Source: a bacterium (GTDB lineage Bacteria > Patescibacteriota > Microgenomatia > UBA1400 > PJMF01). Taken from it: 48,817 nucleotides of DNA. Under the pieces are notes generated by a model. It saw only the letters and a program-made list of their open reading frames with translations. It was not told where the DNA came from and made no database searches. The translations under genes were made by a program, and so were the position numbers. This document shows, one piece after another, positions 42,966 to 48,817 of the stretch (the stretch's first letter is position 1; each line of letters begins with the position of its first letter). Location: NCBI GenBank assembly GCA_030539095.1, contig JAUNST010000002.1, positions 1 through 48,817 on the forward strand, read 5' to 3'.

Positions 42966-44213
42966 TTATTTTTTTAATTCGGCAAATTTAGCAGCCATCG
43001 TGGGATTGCCACGAGTGAGACGTTTAATCGTTAAATCAGTCGCTTTGTCATTAGCTAAACGTAAATTATTATTGGAAGACAAAAGCGCTTCCTTAATTTT
43101 TTTCAAGTGATCGATAGTTTTATCAATTTCTTCGATAGCAGTTTGAAACTTTTGGCTAGCCAAATTATAATTGCGAGCAAAACCGTCTTTGAATTTTTCA
43201 ATATTTTCTTCAAAATTAGTGATATCAATATTTTGATTGCGTACCATGGCTAATTCTTTTTTGTAAGTAAGCGAGTTGAAAGCGGCATTGCGCAAAAGCG
43301 TAATTATAGGAATAAAAAATTGTGGCCGGACGATATACATTTTGGGAAATTTATGTGAAACGTCAACAATGCCAGTGTTGTAAAGTTCGTTGTCCGCTTC
43401 CAAAAGAGTAACTAAGACGGCATATTCACAATGTTTTTCGCGCCGATCTTTATCCAGCTCGCGCAAGAAATCTTCATTTTTATGTTTGGTAGCTGTTTGA
43501 TCATTTTCATTTTTCATCTCAAACATAATAGAAACGATTTCATTGCCCTCGCCGTCATTTTCGCGAAAAATGTAATCGCCTTTACTACCGCTGCGGGCGT
43601 CATTATCTTTTTCAAAATAAGCATTTTGAAAGCCAGTTGCCCGCAGCTTGTTAAACTCAATTTCGCAATGTTGCTCTAAACTTTCGCCAATCATTTTGGT
43701 AGAAAGTTTCACTTTCATGTCTTTAAGACGCTCAATTTCTTCGCTGCGAAATTGCAGTTCGTGCTCGTATTTATCTTTGAGATTGGCGACGACAATTTTA
43801 CTATTGTATTCCTTCGCCCGTAATTCGTTAGCAATGTCGTCGCGCTCTTTAGTCACTTTGTTCACCGCTTGCGTAATAGCTAAATCTTTTTCCGTGGCAG
43901 CTTTATCAATTTGCGCTTTTAGTTTTGCCAGTTCAGCATCTTTTTGCGCTTTCAATTCCAGTAAAGCGTTTTCTTTATCAGCGCGCAATTTAGCGATCTG
44001 CGTTTCTTTGTCGGAAAGTTCTTTTTGTAGGGCAGTTTTAGTATTCACGGTGGCTAATTCAACCGCGCTCGCTTTTTCTTTTTCTAATAATTGCAATCGT
44101 TCGTGAAGATCTTTTTCAAATTCGTGATCGCGAACTTGTTTTAAAATTCCGGCATAACCAGCTTCGTCAACTTTAAAAGTTTTTCCGCAATGAGGACATT
44201 TAATATCGTTCAT
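42966..44213 (-). CDS. DUF2130-like protein: N-terminal zinc ribbon, long coiled coil, C-terminal PD-(D/E)xK-like motif
   Basis: CPHCGKTF at the N-terminus and ...[25 protein letters not shown] (D...E-x-K). Confidence 0.6.
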   Translation of the reverse strand: MNDIKCPHCGKTFKVDEAGYAGILKQVRDHEFEKDLHERLQLLEKEKASAVELATVNTKTALQKELSDKETQIAKLRADKENALLELKAQKDAELAKLKAQIDKAATEKDLAITQAVNKVTKERDDIANELRAKEYNSKIVVANLKDKYEHELQFRSEEIERLKDMKVKLSTKMIGESLEQHCEIEFNKLRATGFQNAYFEKDNDARSGSKGDYIFRENDGEGNEIVSIMFEMKNENDQTATKHKNEDFLRELDKDRREKHCEYAVLVTLLEADNELYNTGIVDVSHKFPKMYIVRPQFFIPIITLLRNAAFNSLTYKKELAMVRNQNIDITNFEENIEKFKDGFARNYNLASQKFQTAIEEIDKTIDHLKKIKEALLSSNNNLRLANDKATDLTIKRLTRGNPTMAAKFAELKK

Positions 44214-44238
44214 GCCAACCTTTTCTTAATTTTAAATT

Positions 44239-45183
44239 TTATAAACTTTTCTTTTTCCACAAAAAGCCGACCGTCAGTAAGGTGCAAAAAAGGGCAATGA
44301 TAACCGGAATGACCCAAGTTAGAACATCGGCTTCTATTTGATCAAAAGGCAGATTAACGTTCATACCGTAGAATGAAAAAATCAAAGTTGGAATAGAAAT
44401 GACTACCGTTACCACTGTCAAAGTTTTCATCACTAAATTTTGATTATTACTAATAATGGAAGCAAAAGCATCCATGACACCGCTAAGAGTATTGCTGTAA
44501 ATATTCGCCATTTCTAAAGCCTGATGACTTTCGACCAGAACGTCTTCGAACAAATCTTGATTATCTTCGTCTTTCGTGATCATAGATAAACGCGAAAATT
44601 TATTGAGCATACTTTCGGTGGATTGCAAAGAAGTGGTGAAATAGACGAGCGATTTTTGCAGTTCCAACATTTTAATTAATTCGCTATTTTGCAAAGATTC
44701 GTAAAGAGCGGTTTCCACTTGGCGCGAGCGGCTATCAATTTTTTTAAGATATTCTAAATAGACTCGCATGCTGCGGAAAATAATTTGCAAAGCAAAACGA
44801 GAACATTTTTGATTAAGAATATTTTTCGGTGGTTGTTTAAGAAGAGATTTAATAACCGCATTATTTTCCAAAGTTACCGTAACCACCGCCTCTTTAGTGA
44901 TAATGATAGCCAAAGGCAAAGTTTCAAAAGTGTAATTGATGTCCTGTTTTTTAGTCATGGGCACGTCAAAAATAATTAAAGTTTGACCGTCTTCAGTTTC
45001 ACAACGCGCACCTTCATCGCGATCGAGAGCGGCCCGCAAATAATCTTTTTCAATTTTGAGTTCTTGTGCCACCAATTCTACTTCTTCGTCGCTCGGATCA
45101 ACCAAGCTCAGCCAATTAGCGGCAGCCACTTTTTTCGTCTCTCGGAATTCTTTTTGATTGGCCAGTTGGTATAAATTAAGCAT
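44239..45183 (-). CDS. corA: CorA-family magnesium/cobalt transporter
   Basis: YGMNV (GMN) signature before the last TM helix. ATG 45183 lies 7 nt after TGcTATAAT, so it is preferred to 45249. Confidence 0.85.
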   Translation of the reverse strand: MLNLYQLANQKEFRETKKVAAANWLSLVDPSDEEVELVAQELKIEKDYLRAALDRDEGARCETEDGQTLIIFDVPMTKKQDINYTFETLPLAIIITKEAVVTVTLENNAVIKSLLKQPPKNILNQKCSRFALQIIFRSMRVYLEYLKKIDSRSRQVETALYESLQNSELIKMLELQKSLVYFTTSLQSTESMLNKFSRLSMITKDEDNQDLFEDVLVESHQALEMANIYSNTLSGVMDAFASIISNNQNLVMKTLTVVTVVISIPTLIFSFYGMNVNLPFDQIEADVLTWVIPVIIALFCTLLTVGFLWKKKSL

Positions 45184-45247
45184 GAGGCGTATTATAGCAT
45201 TTTTTGCTTGCAAATTCGTCAAAAAATGGGCTATAATGTTCTTTCGC

Positions 45248-46966
45248 ATGTTTAAGACTTTTTGGCATTACTCTGGAAAAAAGAGATGGCTTCTATTCGT
45301 GGCTCCTTTAGCCGTTTTAGGAGAAGTAATTGCGGAATTGCAGCAACCGAATTTACTCGCCGAGATTGTCAACACTTATCAAACCGGCGGCTCAGCAGCT
45401 ATTGTTTGGCAAGTTGGTTTGAAAATGGTTGCCTATTTAATTTTAAGTGTCGCCTGCTCTCTTGTTTCTATTTATACCGCTAATTTAGTGGCAGCTTTTT
45501 TTGGTCGCAATTTGCGCCAAGATTTGTTTACCAAAATACAGAATTTATCCTTGGCGCAAGTGGAAAGTTTAACTCCTGGTTCCTTACTCACTCGCTTAAC
45601 GAATGACGTCAATCAGGCGCAAAATTTGTTAATCCAAATTTTGCGCCTAGCTGCCCGCGCTCCTTTAATGCTTTTGGGCAGCTTATTTTTCTTAGCCAAA
45701 ATTAATTTTAGCTTGTTGCGTATCGTCTTGATTTTGTCGCCTTTTATTTTGTTAACAGTTTTTGTCGTCGCTAAACTAGCTTTGCCGCTTTTCCGCAAAT
45801 TACAAGCTGCGCTCGACCGCTTAAATAATCAGATGTCGGAAAGTTTGAGCAACATTCGCACAATTAAAAGTTTTAATCGAGAAAAATTAGAGATTGATAA
45901 ATTTAGCGAAGACAATCAAGCTTTAGCTCGTTTCGAAAAACAAGGTGGACAAATTATGGCGGCCGCCATGCCGATTATGATGTTTATTTTTAATTTAGCG
46001 ATTGCTTTTGTGCTTTACCAAGGAGCGACGCTTTTCGGTCATGGCAGTTTAGAAATTGGCAGTTTAATCGCAGCTATTGGTTATTTATCGCAATTGCTTT
46101 TCTCTTTTATGATGGTCTCTTTTGTTTTCTTAAGTATTATGCGCACCAAAGTAAGCGTGGAACGGATTAATAAAGTGATGCATTTGCAGCCAAGTTTAAC
46201 GGAAAAAGCTCACCCGACCGCGCAAAAAATTGAGCAGGGCGCGATTAAATTTGACAATGTTAGTTTTGCTTATAAAAAAGCCGCCGGCCCTGTTCTTTGT
46301 GATTTGAGTTTGAGTATTCCGGCCGGCGAAACAGTCGGTTTTATCGGTATCACTGGTTCCGGCAAAACCACGCTGGCGCTTTTGCTCAATCGTTTATACG
46401 ATCCCACCACTGGGGCAATTTTCATTGATGGCCAAGATCTGCGCGATTATCCGTTGAGTGAAGTAAAAAATAAAATTGTTTTGGTTTTGCAAGAGGCAAT
46501 TTTGCTTTCTGGCACGATTGAAGAAAACTTAACCTGGGGTGATAGAGTGACGGAAGACAAAATTGAGCAAGCTTTAGATATTTCCCAAGCAGAAACTTTT
46601 GTTTCGCAAAAGCCAGAAAAAATTCGCAGTGACGTGGCTCGCCGAGGTAATAATTTTTCTGGCGGCCAAAAGCAGCGCCTAAGCTTAGCTCGTGCTTTAA
46701 CGCGCGACTTCAAAATTTTGGTTTTGGATGATACCACTAGTGCTTTAGATTTAAAAACAGCGGCGGCAGTGCAAAAAGCTTTGAAGGAAAAAGTGGACCA
46801 AGCCACCAAAATTATGATTAGCCAACGAATTGCCACCGTGCGTGAGTGCGATAGAATCGTGGTGATGAATGAAGGCAAAATCCATGGTGTAGGCACTCAC
46901 GAACAACTTTTGAAAACGGATGAAATTTATCAAGAAATTAATAAAATTCAAGAGGAGGAGCAATAA
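45248..46966 (+). CDS. ABC exporter, fused permease/ATPase, subunit 1
   Basis: Six-TM domain followed by GITGSGKTT, FSGGQKQRLSLAR and LVLDD. ATG 45248 lies 10 nt after TATAAT (45232-45237). Confidence 0.85.
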   Translation: MFKTFWHYSGKKRWLLFVAPLAVLGEVIAELQQPNLLAEIVNTYQTGGSAAIVWQVGLKMVAYLILSVACSLVSIYTANLVAAFFGRNLRQDLFTKIQNLSLAQVESLTPGSLLTRLTNDVNQAQNLLIQILRLAARAPLMLLGSLFFLAKINFSLLRIVLILSPFILLTVFVVAKLALPLFRKLQAALDRLNNQMSESLSNIRTIKSFNREKLEIDKFSEDNQALARFEKQGGQIMAAAMPIMMFIFNLAIAFVLYQGATLFGHGSLEIGSLIAAIGYLSQLLFSFMMVSFVFLSIMRTKVSVERINKVMHLQPSLTEKAHPTAQKIEQGAIKFDNVSFAYKKAAGPVLCDLSLSIPAGETVGFIGITGSGKTTLALLLNRLYDPTTGAIFIDGQDLRDYPLSEVKNKIVLVLQEAILLSGTIEENLTWGDRVTEDKIEQALDISQAETFVSQKPEKIRSDVARRGNNFSGGQKQRLSLARALTRDFKILVLDDTTSALDLKTAAAVQKALKEKVDQATKIMISQRIATVRECDRIVVMNEGKIHGVGTHEQLLKTDEIYQEINKIQEEEQ

Positions 46967-48793
46967 ATGCCCGGCGGCTTCGGCGGACCACCAGCGGGAA
47001 AAATTGATGCGAAGGAAAAAGTGGACTTGGCGAAATTGAAAAAATTTTGGCAAGCTTTGTGGCCGTATTTGCGTAAACAAAAATGGAGCTTCATCGCGAT
47101 TATCTTTTCAGTCATAGTAGCAACTATTTTCCAGCTTTGGGGTCCATTTTTAGTTAGTCAAATTATTGATGAATATATTTTGACACAGCGTTTTGGCGAA
47201 TTGCTAAAAATGTTGATTTTGTTGGGAGTAGTTTACTTAAACGCCAGTATCTTTATGTGGCTGGAAGATTTTTTGTTAGCGCGCTTGGTACCCAAAATTA
47301 CCAGCAAAATCCGCGCCGACGCTTATGTGAAATTGCAAAGTTTGCCGATTAGTTTTTATGACCGAGAACCGTTTGGCAATATCATGAGCCGTTTGACTAA
47401 TGATTTAGATAATTTAGACAACGCCCTTAATACCACCACTACCCAAATTTTATCTGGGCTGCTAACGATTGTAGGTGCTTTAGCAATGATGTTTTACCAA
47501 AGCGCTTGGCTGGCAGCAGCTACTATTATCACCGTCCCTCTCACTCTCATTGCGACGAAAAAAATTGCCGCCAAAGCTAGTAAATATTTTGCTCAGCAGC
47601 AAACTGATCTAGCGGAAATCAATGGCTTTGCCGAAGAAACACTCCATGCGACTATTCTGATTAAAGCTTACGGCACTGAAAGTAAAATTACGGATAAATT
47701 TAACCAATTAACGCAAAAATATTATCAAAGTAATTTTAAAGCTAATTTTTTCTCTGGTTTAATGATGACGGCGGTTTTGATTCTTAATAATTTAAATGTC
47801 GTTATCTTGGGAATTTTGGGCGGTTATTTAGCTTTTAGCGGTTGGCTGCAAGTGGGTATTTTTGCTAGTTTCTTGCAATATCAGCGGCAATTTACCAGGC
47901 CTCTGGGCACTTTAGCTAATCAGTTTGTAACGTTGCAATTAGCCGTTATTAGCGGACAGCGAGTTTTCGATTTATTTGCTTATCAAAGTGAAACCAATCC
48001 GGCCGAGCCAGTTTCAGCAATTACTTTATGCCGCGATCTAAAGATTGAAAACGTTGATTTTGCTTACGTTACAGATAAACCAGTTTTGAAGAAAATCAAT
48101 CTTCAGGCAAAAGCTGGCGAGATGTTGGCTCTAGTTGGCCCCACTGGCTCTGGTAAAACCACGCTTTCGAGCTTACTTTTGCGTTTTTACGATCCGCAGC
48201 AAGGAGAAATTCTTTTTGACGGAACTAATATTGCCGCTGCCACGCGCGCCCAAGTGCGCGAGTTGATCGGCGTGGTTTTGCAAGACGTACACCTTTTTAG
48301 CGGTACTATTGCAGATAACATTCGCTTTAGCAGATTAACTGCCACCGACGACGAAGTAATCGAAGCGGCAAAAAAAGCTCATGCTCACGACTTTATTATG
48401 CATCTGGAGAATGGTTATCAAACACGAATTAATGGTAACGCGGTAGTTTTGAGCCAAGGTCAAAGACAGCTTTTAGCTATTGCCCGAGCCTTTTTAATGA
48501 ATCCACCGATTTTAATTCTGGACGAAGCTACAAGCAATGTTGATACGCTCACTGAGCAAGCTATTCAGCAGGCGATGAGCAGGCTTTTGCAAGGCAGATT
48601 GAGTTTAGTAATTGCTCATCGCCTCTCCACAGTGAAAAACGCTGATCAAATTTTAGTCATGCGCGACGGAGAAATTGTCGAGCGTGGCACGCATAAAAAA
48701 TTACTGGCGGAAAACGGTTTTTACGCCCAAATTTATCATAGTCAAGACGCTGATTTATTAGTCCCTCACTTCGCAAACGAAATCCTCCACTAA
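46967..48793 (+). CDS. ABC exporter, fused permease/ATPase, subunit 2
   Basis: GPTGSGKTT, LSQGQRQLLAIAR and LILDEATS. Its start abuts the stop of subunit 1. Confidence 0.85.
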   Translation: MPGGFGGPPAGKIDAKEKVDLAKLKKFWQALWPYLRKQKWSFIAIIFSVIVATIFQLWGPFLVSQIIDEYILTQRFGELLKMLILLGVVYLNASIFMWLEDFLLARLVPKITSKIRADAYVKLQSLPISFYDREPFGNIMSRLTNDLDNLDNALNTTTTQILSGLLTIVGALAMMFYQSAWLAAATIITVPLTLIATKKIAAKASKYFAQQQTDLAEINGFAEETLHATILIKAYGTESKITDKFNQLTQKYYQSNFKANFFSGLMMTAVLILNNLNVVILGILGGYLAFSGWLQVGIFASFLQYQRQFTRPLGTLANQFVTLQLAVISGQRVFDLFAYQSETNPAEPVSAITLCRDLKIENVDFAYVTDKPVLKKINLQAKAGEMLALVGPTGSGKTTLSSLLLRFYDPQQGEILFDGTNIAAATRAQVRELIGVVLQDVHLFSGTIADNIRFSRLTATDDEVIEAAKKAHAHDFIMHLENGYQTRINGNAVVLSQGQRQLLAIARAFLMNPPILILDEATSNVDTLTEQAIQQAMSRLLQGRLSLVIAHRLSTVKNADQILVMRDGEIVERGTHKKLLAENGFYAQIYHSQDADLLVPHFANEILH

Positions 48794-48817
48794 GTAAGTA
48801 AAATATACTTGCTTAGA

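Overview
AT-rich bacterial chromosome segment with compact, often overlapping genes. TTGACA-N16-18-TATAAT promoters sit only 7-10 nt before several start codons. The gene content looks like a small-genome Patescibacteria/CPR-type organism, but that is inference only. Housekeeping content: uvrD/pcrA, tRNA-Leu, secE-nusG-rplK-rplA, uvrB, lon, an 8-kb block of six glycosyltransferase genes, gap, pyrH, a FemAB-family gene, a LexA-like gene, two tRNA-Ser, dxs, murC, a second Mur ligase, glyQS, a DUF2130-like gene, corA and a two-gene ABC exporter. Main result: a ~10.1-kb integrative element (26097-36236). It is bounded by a 17-bp direct repeat, and joining its outer flanks reconstitutes a perfect 12-bp-stem palindromic attB at the 3' end of dxs. 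It carries a tyrosine integrase, several small HTH / sigma-region-4-like regulators and a complete siphovirus-type tail module: terminator-like protein, tube, G/GT chaperone with a canonical CCCAAAA -1 frameshift site, short tape measure, Dit, Tal and fibre. I see no recognisable capsid, portal, terminase or endolysin, so it looks like a mobile tail-only (F-type-tailocin-like or tail-forming satellite-like) element. Other points of interest: a tandem array of start-less FISUMP/CLec-like C-terminal cassettes at the left edge whose variation is confined to NNC codons (DGR-like); a GC-rich two-gene islet replacing the expected continuation of the rplKA operon; an orphan promoter-terminator unit upstream of uvrB; a LexA homologue lacking the cleavage site and both catalytic residues; a G8 tract inside a membrane glycosyltransferase-like gene; and tRNA-Ser 5'-fragment repeats between the two tRNA-Ser genes. 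All functional calls rest on motifs and synteny read by eye; no database search was possible.
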